From Candidatus Onthoplasma sp. (GTDB lineage: Bacteria > Bacillota > Clostridia > Christensenellales > UBA1242): a stretch of 38,628 nt of DNA. A program made the position numbers and the translations under genes. The notes beneath the pieces are model-generated. The model saw only the letters and a list, made by a program, of their open reading frames with translations. It had not been told where the DNA came from and did not search any database. Where the stretch lies: NCBI GenBank assembly GCA_045637745.1, contig JAZUAB010000091.1, positions 1-38,628 on the forward strand. Reading direction: 5' to 3'. Shown here in pieces: positions 16,293 through 24,394 of this stretch (the first letter of the stretch is position 1; each line of letters opens with the position of its first letter).

Positions 16293-18665
16293 ATGAAAAA
16301 AGAAAAAGACACAATGCTATCGGCAAATTATTTAAAAAAGGTTGACGCATATTGGCGTGCTGCAAACTACTTGTCGGTGGCTCAACTATATTTAATGGAT
16401 AATCCATTATTAGAACAGCCATTAAAGCCTTCTGATATTAAAACTAAAATTGTTGGTCATTGGGGCACAATTCCTGGTCAAAACTTTATTTATGCACATT
16501 TAAACCGTGTAATTAAAAAATATGAACTTGATATGATTATGGTTGTAGGACCAGGTCATGGAGGTAACGCATTTGTATCAAACTCATATCTAGAAGGTAC
16601 CTACAGCGAGGTGTATCCCACTGTCAGTCAAGATGCTAAGGGTATGAAAAAATTGTGCAAACAATTTTCTTTCCCGGGCGGTGTATCTAGTCACGTTGCA
16701 CCCGAAACTCCAGGATCTATACACGAAGGTGGCGAATTGGGTTACTCATTAGCACATTCTTTCGGCGCTGTGTTCGACAATCCAAATCTTATTGCAACCT
16801 GCATTGTTGGTGATGGCGAAGCTGAAACTGGAACCCTTGCGACATCTTGGCATAGCAATAAATTTTTAAATCCTATAACAGATGGCGCAGTTTTGCCTAT
16901 ATTACATCTAAATGGCTACAAAATCAATAACCCTACAGTTTTGTCACGCATTAGTAAGGATGAACTTGAAAGTTTGTTAAAAGGTTACGGATGGAAACCT
17001 TATTTCGTCGCAGGTGACAATCCAACTCAAATGCATAGACTTATGGCTATAACTATGGATAAAGTTGTTGAGGAAATCAAACAAATACAAAATAATGCTC
17101 GTGCCAAAAACGATCCAACCAGACCTAAATGGCCTATGATTGTTCTTAACACTCCAAAAGGGTGGACCGGACCAAAAGTTGTTGATGGTAAATCAATCGA
17201 AAACTCACACCGCGCGCATCAAATTCCTATTGATATGACCAAACCTGAACATATAATTCAATTGCGTGACTGGTTGCTAAGTTATAAGCCTAAAGAATTA
17301 TTTACTAAAGATTATCAATTAAAGCCTGAATTAAAAGAGCTAATTCCAACCGGATTTTCACGCATAAGTGCAAATCCTCATACAAATGGCGGATTATTGT
17401 TACAAGATTTGCGAGTTCCAGATTTTACCGATTATGCTGTAAATTTCAAGGGACACGGAACAATTATGGCTCAAGACTGTCTTGAATTAGGTAAATTTAT
17501 TAGAGATATAATTGCATTAAACCCTAACAATTTCCGCCTGTTCTGTCCAGACGAAGTTAAATCTAATAGATTATATCACACATTTGATAGTTCTAACAAA
17601 AACTTTAATGCTAGTATTATAAAAACTGATGACAATTTAGCACCTGATGGACGCATAATGGATTGTTTCCTAAGTGAAAACATGTGCGAAGGTTGGCTTG
17701 AAGGCTATTTATTAACCGGGCGTCACGGGACGTTTGCAAGTTACGAATCTTTCATCCGTGTTGTTGACTCAATGGTCAGCCAGCATGCCAAGTGGTTAAA
17801 GGTATGTAACGAACTTCCTTGGAGACAAGATATTGCATCATTAAATATTTTGTTAACATCTAACCTATGGCAACAAGATCATAATGGTTACACCCACCAG
17901 GACCCAGGATTCCTCGATCATATTGCAAATAAAAAGTCGGATGTAATAAGAATGTATCTTCCACCTGACACTAACTGCTTATTGTCTTGTTACGACCATT
18001 GTATAAGGAGTAAAAATTATGTTAATGCAATAGTTGCTAGCAAGCACCCTACTTATCAATGGTTGACAATGCCTGAAGCAATCAAGCACTGTACCGCAGG
18101 ATTAAGTGTTTGGGATTGGGCATCTAACTGCGAAACAAAGCCTGATATTGTTATGGCTTGTTGTGGCGACACAGCCACTATTGAAGCATTGGCAGCAACA
18201 ACAATATTAAATGATTATCTACCTGATTTAAAAATAAGATTTATAAATGTTGTAGACTTGATGAAACTTGGCACAGATGAGAATCACTCTCACGGTCTAA
18301 CTGATGCTGAATATAACAAATTATTCACTACTAATAAGCCTATATTCTTTGTATATCACGGCTATCCAACCCTTATTCATGAGCTAACTTGGTCACGTAA
18401 AAATCGTGATATAAATGTGTTTGGCTATCTTGAAGAAGGCACAATTACAACGCCTTTTGATGTAAGAGTTCAAAACAAAATCGATAGATTCCATATAGTC
18501 AAATCTGTAATAGCCCACTTAGGCGATACAAGCAAAAAATATGCTAGCTTAGATGCTCGTATGAATGAGCTATTGTCAAAACATAACGAATACGTGCGTA
18601 AATACGGTCAAGATATACCTGAAGTTCGTAATTGGAAATGGCATTCACCTAAAAAGGAGAAATAA
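16293..18665 (+). CDS. xfp: Xylulose-5-phosphate/fructose-6-phosphate phosphoketolase
   Basis: 790 aa with characteristic XFP blocks (VDAYWRAANYLSV, GHWGT.PG, EGGELGYSL, GDGEAETG, QDHNG.THQDPG). Confidence 0.95.
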   Translation: MKKEKDTMLSANYLKKVDAYWRAANYLSVAQLYLMDNPLLEQPLKPSDIKTKIVGHWGTIPGQNFIYAHLNRVIKKYELDMIMVVGPGHGGNAFVSNSYLEGTYSEVYPTVSQDAKGMKKLCKQFSFPGGVSSHVAPETPGSIHEGGELGYSLAHSFGAVFDNPNLIATCIVGDGEAETGTLATSWHSNKFLNPITDGAVLPILHLNGYKINNPTVLSRISKDELESLLKGYGWKPYFVAGDNPTQMHRLMAITMDKVVEEIKQIQNNARAKNDPTRPKWPMIVLNTPKGWTGPKVVDGKSIENSHRAHQIPIDMTKPEHIIQLRDWLLSYKPKELFTKDYQLKPELKELIPTGFSRISANPHTNGGLLLQDLRVPDFTDYAVNFKGHGTIMAQDCLELGKFIRDIIALNPNNFRLFCPDEVKSNRLYHTFDSSNKNFNASIIKTDDNLAPDGRIMDCFLSENMCEGWLEGYLLTGRHGTFASYESFIRVVDSMVSQHAKWLKVCNELPWRQDIASLNILLTSNLWQQDHNGYTHQDPGFLDHIANKKSDVIRMYLPPDTNCLLSCYDHCIRSKNYVNAIVASKHPTYQWLTMPEAIKHCTAGLSVWDWASNCETKPDIVMACCGDTATIEALAATTILNDYLPDLKIRFINVVDLMKLGTDENHSHGLTDAEYNKLFTTNKPIFFVYHGYPTLIHELTWSRKNRDINVFGYLEEGTITTPFDVRVQNKIDRFHIVKSVIAHLGDTSKKYASLDARMNELLSKHNEYVRKYGQDIPEVRNWKWHSPKKEK

Positions 18666-18668
18666 TCA

Positions 18669-19229
18669 ATGTCTAACACTGAAAGCAATATAAAAAAATG
18701 GTTAAAAGTTTTTATAATTTTGTCTTACATTATTATAGTCACACTAGGGTTATCTCTTTCTGGATGTGCAATTATGTTGATAATAACGTTGACCAACAAA
18801 AACATTTTAAATTATAAGATAGATGACTCAACCACACTTCTTAGCTTGCTTGAGGATGTCGGAATTAGTTCTCGCAGTGATATGCTCGCATTATTAGTTG
18901 GAGCAATAATATATTTTACAATTTCACTGGTTGTGGCAATAATGGTCTTAAGATGGTTTAAAACAAATAAAGCAACTTTACAATTTTTTGATAAAACCAG
19001 CACAACACATATGCGCAAAACCGCAAAATTTATATATATTGCTTGTCTAATAGGATTTCTTTGTGACAATATATTGCTAAGCGTTAATGGTAGTTTGACA
19101 TCAAGTTTTGATTACACATCATTAATATTTGCTGGATTTGTAATACATTTCTTGTCATACGTGTTTGCATATGCTAATGAGCGAGCTAAAAACCATTCAT
19201 CTCCAAACGAGATTGATGCAGAAGAGTAA
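18669..19229 (+). CDS. Membrane protein, unknown function (possible lipobox LSLSGC)
   Basis: 186 aa with about 4 TM helices. The AGGAGA SD lies inside the last codons of xfp, 3 nt after its stop, so it is probably co-transcribed. Confidence 0.6.
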   Translation: MSNTESNIKKWLKVFIILSYIIIVTLGLSLSGCAIMLIITLTNKNILNYKIDDSTTLLSLLEDVGISSRSDMLALLVGAIIYFTISLVVAIMVLRWFKTNKATLQFFDKTSTTHMRKTAKFIYIACLIGFLCDNILLSVNGSLTSSFDYTSLIFAGFVIHFLSYVFAYANERAKNHSSPNEIDAEE

Positions 19230-19245
19230 ATTCGTATAGATATTT

Positions 19246-19276
19246 AAAAGAGCTAACCAGGCGTTAGCTCTTTTTT
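19246..19276 (+). terminator. Strong intrinsic terminator of the xfp unit
   Basis: 12-bp stem AAAAGAGCTAAC (19246-19257) / GTTAGCTCTTTT (19263-19274), a 5-nt loop and a T-run. Confidence 0.85.
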
Positions 19277-19281
19277 ATAAA

Positions 19282-19311
19282 TAAAAAATCCGCAAGGCAA
19301 TCTTGCGGATT
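19282..19311 (-). terminator. Intrinsic terminator of the LOG-fusion gene
   Basis: ATCCGCAAG (19288-19296) pairs with CTTGCGGAT (19302-19310), followed by T6 on the minus strand. Confidence 0.8.
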
Positions 19312-19320
19312 AATTTTTAA

Positions 19321-20622
19321 TTACTTCTTTGCTTTAATTGTAGCCTTTGCTGCTGGCTTTTTTGATGCGGTCTTGGTTGTAGATTTTTTGGTTTCAACAA
19401 CTTTTTTAGGTTCAGCTTTAACTTCTTTTTTTGCTTCAGTTTTAACTGCTGGTTTTTTAGCTTCGGCTTTTTTAGCTGGAGCTTTTGTTACTGTTTTTTT
19501 TGCTTCAACCTTTGCAGGCTTTGCTTCTACAGATTTTTCAACTTTTGCAACTGGCTTTTTAGCTTCTACCTTTTTCGCCACAGTTTTTGCAGGTTCCTTC
19601 TTTAGCTCAGCTTTAGCAGAAACTTTTTTAGCTGTAACTTTCACTGCGGGCTTTTTAGTCTCAACTTTCTTTGGTTCAACTTTTGCCACAGGTTTCTTAA
19701 CTTCAGTTTTCTTCACAGCTGGTTTTGTTTCAACCTTTTTAGACGAAGTTTTAACTTCTACCTTATTCCCTACATCAGCAGGAGTCTTTGATTCGACTTT
19801 TACAGCCTTAGGAGCAACTTTGCCCTCTTTCTTTAGCTCTGCTTTGGTTACAGGTTTTTTAACTTCAGCTTTTTTAGCTGGAACTTTAGTTTCTGGTTTC
19901 TTAACTTCAACCTTTGCTGGCTTGGCTTCTACTGGCTTTTCAGCTTTCGCAACTGGCTTAACCTCAGCCTTCTTTGCCGCAGGTTTTTGTTCAGCCTTCT
20001 TTACTGGAGCTTTCTTAGCTGGTTTAACAACCTCTTTCTTGGCAGCCTTTTCAACTTCTTTTTGTTGAAGTTTTGCTTGCTTCTTAGTAATCAATTCTTG
20101 TAAGATTGGTTCAAGTTCTTTAGCACTCTTAATAACGTCAAACTTACAATCTCCATCTTTCATAAGACCTTGCTTAATTTGATTTTTGTGGAACTTGAAT
20201 AGTTGATTATAATAACCATTTGTATTAACAACAACTACTCGTGCTTGATGTTCACCGCTCTTACGAGTTTCAGTATAATATGATAGTTCGGCCATAGTTC
20301 CAGATCCGCCAGGAAGCACAACCATCATATCACAAGTATTGATTGTGATGCGCATTCTATCGCTTTCACCTTCTACAATATAATACTCTTTACTCTTTGT
20401 GCCAATCAAATCACTTTTGTATGCTTCTGGCACAATCATAACAACTTCATCGCTATATTTTTGGAATTCTTGCACAGCCATTCCCATAAGGCCTATTTTG
20501 GCACCACCTTGCACCATTGTACAATTGTACTTAGCCAATAATCTAGCCACTTCTTGAGTGTCTTCAACTATGGCTTTATTCTTAGGCAACTGTTTGCCTA
20601 ATGCAATAAAAACTCTTAACAT
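19321..20622 (-). CDS. LOG-family (TIGR00730-like) Rossmann protein fused to a roughly 250-aa Lys/Ala/Pro/Val-rich histone-H1-like tail
   Basis: Residues 1-180 carry GGAKIGLMG and the LOG signature PGGSGTMAELSY. Residues 181-433 are low-complexity K/A/V/P/E repeats (KKAEVKKP, KPVAKVE...). Confidence 0.75.
   Translation of the reverse strand: MLRVFIALGKQLPKNKAIVEDTQEVARLLAKYNCTMVQGGAKIGLMGMAVQEFQKYSDEVVMIVPEAYKSDLIGTKSKEYYIVEGESDRMRITINTCDMMVVLPGGSGTMAELSYYTETRKSGEHQARVVVVNTNGYYNQLFKFHKNQIKQGLMKDGDCKFDVIKSAKELEPILQELITKKQAKLQQKEVEKAAKKEVVKPAKKAPVKKAEQKPAAKKAEVKPVAKAEKPVEAKPAKVEVKKPETKVPAKKAEVKKPVTKAELKKEGKVAPKAVKVESKTPADVGNKVEVKTSSKKVETKPAVKKTEVKKPVAKVEPKKVETKKPAVKVTAKKVSAKAELKKEPAKTVAKKVEAKKPVAKVEKSVEAKPAKVEAKKTVTKAPAKKAEAKKPAVKTEAKKEVKAEPKKVVETKKSTTKTASKKPAAKATIKAKK
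19450..19557 (-). repeat. Internal repeat B of the basic tail (aa 356-391)
   Basis: KPVAKVEKSVEAKPAKVEAKKTVTKAPAKKAEAKKP differs from repeat A at only 7 of 36 residues. Similarity continues into both flanks. Confidence 0.7.
19852..19959 (-). repeat. Internal repeat A of the basic tail (aa 222-257)
   Basis: KPVAKAEKPVEAKPAKVEVKKPETKVPAKKAEVKKP. The DNA is also similar (GCAACTGGCTT occurs in both copies). Confidence 0.7.
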
Positions 20623-20651
20623 AAAAACCCCTTTTTATTTATCCTAAATAT

Positions 20652-20680
20652 ATCATATCACTTTTCAAACTAAAAAACAA
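20652..20680 (-). promoter_or_regulatory. Promoter of the LOG-fusion gene
   Basis: Minus strand reads TTGTTT (20680-20675), 17 nt, TGaTATGAT (extended -10, 20660-20652). Confidence 0.45.
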
Positions 20681-20748
20681 ATATTTTTTCGACAAATTAT
20701 TTACAAATATTAAATTTTATTAACATTTTTTTGTTTTTTTGTACTTTG

Positions 20749-21387
20749 CTATACCATTTCACCTTTTTTAGGAGAAAAAATTAATATTATTACAGATATT
20801 AATAAGTATACTGGACATATTGCCATCAACATTCCAAATCCCTTGATTGTGTTAATTGTCCAGCCAACCCAACTATTTATTGATACTAGCAATACCAACA
20901 ATGTACACATAGCAATGCTTTGTATTAACAAATAAATATTTAACTTTCTATTTCTAGTTATGCTTGATATTATGCCCAACAATAATAATCCGCAACTGAT
21001 TATAGCTGCTATTAAACTAATAGTTTTTATATTTGAAGCAATATGCTTAATCCACAACTCTAATATAGAGTCAAATTGCAACGCCATAACATATAGTAGT
21101 GGCAATAACAATGCAATTATTGAAGACAATTTAAAACAAAGGCAAGATAAATTTTTGCTAGATAACATTGTAATAATTTTTGTAATAATAATATATGCCA
21201 ATAGTATTATTCCAAACCAGATTAAAAGCTTACTATAGTTTTCAGACAATAATCTATGTATTGCATTTGACCATCCAGCAACATTCATATTAAACGCTTC
21301 AAAAAAATATGGTAAATATATAAACGCGCCAATTCCGCCCAAGATTAAATTAACAAAGGCCAATAGCATACATCTTTTTTTGCCCAT
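20749..21387 (-). CDS. Polytopic membrane protein, unknown function
   Basis: 212 aa with about 6 hydrophobic helices and no recognisable motif. Confidence 0.6.
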   Translation of the reverse strand: MGKKRCMLLAFVNLILGGIGAFIYLPYFFEAFNMNVAGWSNAIHRLLSENYSKLLIWFGIILLAYIIITKIITMLSSKNLSCLCFKLSSIIALLLPLLYVMALQFDSILELWIKHIASNIKTISLIAAIISCGLLLLGIISSITRNRKLNIYLLIQSIAMCTLLVLLVSINSWVGWTINTIKGFGMLMAICPVYLLISVIILIFSPKKGEMV

Positions 21388-21458
21388 AGACGCTCCTTTT
21401 ATTAGTATATTAATGATTTTTCATTTTAATTCTTTTTAGCAAAACCTAAATATGTCAA

Positions 21459-22382
21459 TTATTTTAAATAGCCTTTAATTATCATATCTTCCGCTTCTTG
21501 CTCTGTAAGTCCTAATGTCATCAACTTTAACAATTGTTCCCCAGCAATTTTGCCAACTGTAGCCTCGTGATTAAGGCTAGCATCAACACTTCGCGCATCA
21601 ATTTCGGGAATAGATTTAACTTGTGCATCACCTATTAATATGGCATCACATTCCACTCTTCCAAAACACGCCGACTTACCAACAAGTTTTGACTTAAACA
21701 CCTGATTAGAGTTGTCTTTGGCTACACTACGACTAACCACATTACATATAGAATTTTCGCCAGACATATCTATAACAAAATCTGTTTTTGCTTGCTGACT
21801 ATCTGTAGTCAAAATCTTTTCCTTAACTTCAAGCTGTGCGCCAGCCTTTAGCTTTGCTGTTGTTTTGCGGTTAGAATACGAAACCCCACCAAGCTGAATT
21901 GTTTGCATCTCGAAATATGAATTTTCTTCCATATTTATTTTGGTGGTAGGGTTTAATACCTTGTCGCCTCCGCCACCCAATCCTAAGTGTTTTTCAATAT
22001 ATGTAACCTTTGCGTTTTTACCTATATGAAAACTGTGAATTCCTTCATGTGAACTAGTTTCATTTCCTGCATTATGAATACCGCATCCAGCCACAATAAC
22101 AATCTCAGCGTTGTTGCCTATATAAAAATCATTATATACCAAATCTTTAAGCCCAGAGTTTGTAACAATCACAGGAATATGCAAACTCTTGTTTTTAACA
22201 TCGTCTTTAATTATAATATCAATTCCAGACTTGTCCTTTTTAGAAAGGATTTGTATGTCTTCCGATGAATTCCTTGATAACAACTCGCCGTTTTTGCGTA
22301 TGTTATAACTCCCTTGTGGAATTTTGTGTAAATCGGCAATTTCTTTCAACAATTGTTTATCAATCTTACTTAATTTATCCAC
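21459..22382 (-). CDS. SufB/SufD-family Fe-S cluster assembly protein (short form)
   Basis: 307 aa with beta-helix-like repeats and the C-terminal block LNHEATVGKI..EQL.YLM.RGL.E.EA typical of SufB/D. GTG start with an AGGAGG SD. 8-nt overlap with the upstream ATPase gene. Confidence 0.7.
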   Translation of the reverse strand: MDKLSKIDKQLLKEIADLHKIPQGSYNIRKNGELLSRNSSEDIQILSKKDKSGIDIIIKDDVKNKSLHIPVIVTNSGLKDLVYNDFYIGNNAEIVIVAGCGIHNAGNETSSHEGIHSFHIGKNAKVTYIEKHLGLGGGGDKVLNPTTKINMEENSYFEMQTIQLGGVSYSNRKTTAKLKAGAQLEVKEKILTTDSQQAKTDFVIDMSGENSICNVVSRSVAKDNSNQVFKSKLVGKSACFGRVECDAILIGDAQVKSIPEIDARSVDASLNHEATVGKIAGEQLLKLMTLGLTEQEAEDMIIKGYLK

Positions 22383-23085
22383 GTTTGCCTCCTAATCTTC
22401 CACATTTCGCACCATCAATCAACTTCATTGCATTACGATTGCTATAGTCAGTTGCTTGCACTCCGTCTAACAATACAACTTTGTTGGCTTGCTTAATAAT
22501 CTTTTCTTGATGGCTTACAATAATAACAATTTTATCTTTTAAATCCTTAAATATGCTTATAAGGTCATCAAAACTCCACAAATCAATTCCAGCCTCTGGC
22601 TCATCAAACAAAAACACCTCTCCACCTTTAGCCAATGCCATAGCCAGTTCTATGCGCTTTAATTCGCCACCACTTAAAGTATTGTCTAGCTCTCGGTTAA
22701 TGTAATTCTTAGCGCACATCCCAACTTTTGACAAGTACTCGCATATATCGCCTAACTTATTATTTTTACTACTGGCAATATCTAACAAATCTTTGACTTT
22801 TAAACCCTTAAATTTAATAGGTTGTTGAAATGCTAATGTAAAGCCCATATTTGCACGCTCGGTAATACTTAAACTAGATATATCTTTGCCTTTGTACAAA
22901 ATTTGACCGCTAGATATTTCGTTTACGCCCATAATTAGTTTAATAAGCGTGGATTTACCGCTTCCATTTTGCCCAGTAATAACGGTAATACCTTTATCAA
23001 ATTTTAAATTTATGTCCTTTAATATATCAATGGTTTCGCCATTTGCGTTTTTCACTGAATAGTTAATGTTTTTTAATTCTAACAT
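22375..23085 (-). CDS. sufC: SufC-like ABC ATPase
   Basis: Walker A GQNGSGKST, signature LSGGELKR and Walker B VFLFDEPEAGIDL. Soluble ATPase directly upstream of the SufB/D gene. Confidence 0.75.
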   Translation of the reverse strand: MLELKNINYSVKNANGETIDILKDINLKFDKGITVITGQNGSGKSTLIKLIMGVNEISSGQILYKGKDISSLSITERANMGFTLAFQQPIKFKGLKVKDLLDIASSKNNKLGDICEYLSKVGMCAKNYINRELDNTLSGGELKRIELAMALAKGGEVFLFDEPEAGIDLWSFDDLISIFKDLKDKIVIIVSHQEKIIKQANKVVLLDGVQATDYSNRNAMKLIDGAKCGRLGGKRG

Positions 23086-23118
23086 ATTTCTCCTTATGTT
23101 TATTATACAACAAAATGT

Positions 23119-23550
23119 TTAATAAGTAAATGTTTCATCTAAAAATTTTCTACTAATTAAATCATCTATAATTGCCTTACAGTTTATATATGGTACGGAA
23201 TCTTTACCTCTGCGCTTAGCAATATCTTTTAATCTATCCTCAAATGATACAAAATTGCCCTTTTTGTCAATATGCATATCAGCATAATTCAACAAGTCAA
23301 ATGCAGTAGAACTAAATTCAGTATTAGGTTTTCCGTGATATAAAACCTCTTTATAATATTTGTAGTTTTGTTTTTTCAAAATTTCAGCACCTAACACATG
23401 ATGTTCTTCACTGTCGCCAAATTCATATCCGATATCGTGAAGAAGCCCAAGCGTAAACATTTCTTGCGCATCTAATCCAACCTTTTCAGCATTATCTTTC
23501 ATTAGCCTTGCAACTGCCATAATATGTTTGATTCTATCTTCTGTTATCAT
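23119..23550 (-). CDS. Small HD-domain phosphohydrolase
   Basis: 143 aa with H...HD (GLLHDIGYE) metal-binding motifs. Confidence 0.7.
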   Translation of the reverse strand: MITEDRIKHIMAVARLMKDNAEKVGLDAQEMFTLGLLHDIGYEFGDSEEHHVLGAEILKKQNYKYYKEVLYHGKPNTEFSSTAFDLLNYADMHIDKKGNFVSFEDRLKDIAKRRGKDSVPYINCKAIIDDLISRKFLDETFTY

Positions 23551-23612
23551 ATCTCCACCTTAAATTTTTTAACATTCTAAAATATTATTTTATCAACCTT
23601 AATTCTGTGCAT

Positions 23613-23954
23613 CTAATCAACAAACACTCTAATAAAAACAAACTTACTGATAGATGTTCCCAGTGCTGAAATTTCGTGAAAAACTCCATTTGGAAATACA
23701 AACACATCACCTCTGGTGTAAGTATATTTTCCATCTTCATCTTTAATGGTCCCTTCACCGCTAATCACAAACATAATTTCATTAACACCCTTGTGATTAT
23801 GCCATTCAAAAGTATTGCCAACTGGCAATTTGCCATAAGTCATACCCTCTACACTATCAACCTCATTAGGTTGTAAATACAGTTTTCTTGTACCACTACC
23901 ATTGTGTGAATCGGTTGTTTCAATATTTATGCACTCTTTTTTTATAACTTTCAT
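23613..23954 (-). CDS. Cupin-domain protein
   Basis: 113 aa with cupin motifs (EWHNHKGVNEIMFVISGEG ... GDVFVFPNGVFHE). Start moved to ATG 23952-23954, which has an AAGGGA SD. Confidence 0.7.
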   Translation of the reverse strand: MKVIKKECINIETTDSHNGSGTRKLYLQPNEVDSVEGMTYGKLPVGNTFEWHNHKGVNEIMFVISGEGTIKDEDGKYTYTRGDVFVFPNGVFHEISALGTSISKFVFIRVFVD

Positions 23955-24093
23955 ACAACTTATCCCTTTATACAAATAGTTTAACATAAATTATACAATT
24001 TAACAATTAATTATATAAATAATTTTTACAATACACTTTCAACAAATACAACGCAATATTTATATGTTTTGTAAAATTATTAAATACAAACAC

Positions 24094-24122
24094 TTGACAA
24101 AGAAATTTATATATAATATAAT
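24094..24122 (+). promoter_or_regulatory. Perfect-consensus sigma-70 promoter upstream of tRNA-Thr
   Basis: TTGACA (24094-24099), 17 nt, TATAAT (24117-24122). Confidence 0.7.
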
Positions 24123-24210
24123 GTAAAAGTATTTACTAAGCATTGTAGATACAGGTGCTACTTTACTGGCTGACCTATCAGCTTTTATAAAGTCCCTCAC
24201 AACTTAATAT

Positions 24211-24286
24211 GCTGATATGGCTCAGTCGGTAGAGCGTCACCTTGGTAAGGTGGAGGTCGCGGGTTCGATTCCCGCTATCAGCTCCA
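24211..24286 (+). tRNA. tRNA-Thr (anticodon GGT), CCA encoded
   Basis: Folded by hand. Acceptor GCTGATA/TATCAGC, D arm GCTC..GAGC, anticodon stem TCACC/GGTGG with loop TTGGTAA, T arm GCGGG-TTCGATT-CCCGC, discriminator T, then CCA. Confidence 0.9.
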
Positions 24287-24295
24287 TATAAATAT

Positions 24296-24322
24296 ATCTC
24301 GTGTCTTGTGCGAGATTTTTTT
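24296..24322 (+). terminator. Terminator after tRNA-Thr
   Basis: ATCTCG (24296-24301) pairs with CGAGAT (24311-24316), followed by T6. Confidence 0.7.
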
Positions 24323-24360
24323 ATACTCTAAAACAAACTATACTACATTTTCATGTAAGT

Positions 24361-24389
24361 AAAAACTACAGACTAAATCTGTAGTTTTT
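24361..24389. terminator. Bidirectional hairpin, terminator of the ABC exporter operon
   Basis: AAAAACTACAGA-CTAAA-TCTGTAGTTTTT, 5 nt after the stop at 24395 on the minus strand. Confidence 0.75.
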
Positions 24390-24394
24390 GCTTG

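Noticed and set aside
19494-19501. An 8-nt T homopolymer inside the LOG-tail coding region as a phase-variation switch.
   Set aside because: Eight nt is short for efficient slipped-strand switching, and such runs are expected wherever Lys codons (AAA) repeat. It is mentioned only as a possible source of length or frameshift variation.
19373-20068. 231-aa plus-strand ORF (F/S/T/A/G-rich) and many other 60-120-aa ORFs antisense to long genes (for example 143-328, 2937-3167, 4418-4783, 26720-27058 and 35135-35476).
   Set aside because: These are shadow ORFs on the strand opposite well-supported genes. The 231-aa one merely mirrors the Lys/Ala codon repeats of the LOG tail (AAA/GCT read backwards gives Phe/Ser/Ala). 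None has an SD or a recognisable motif.
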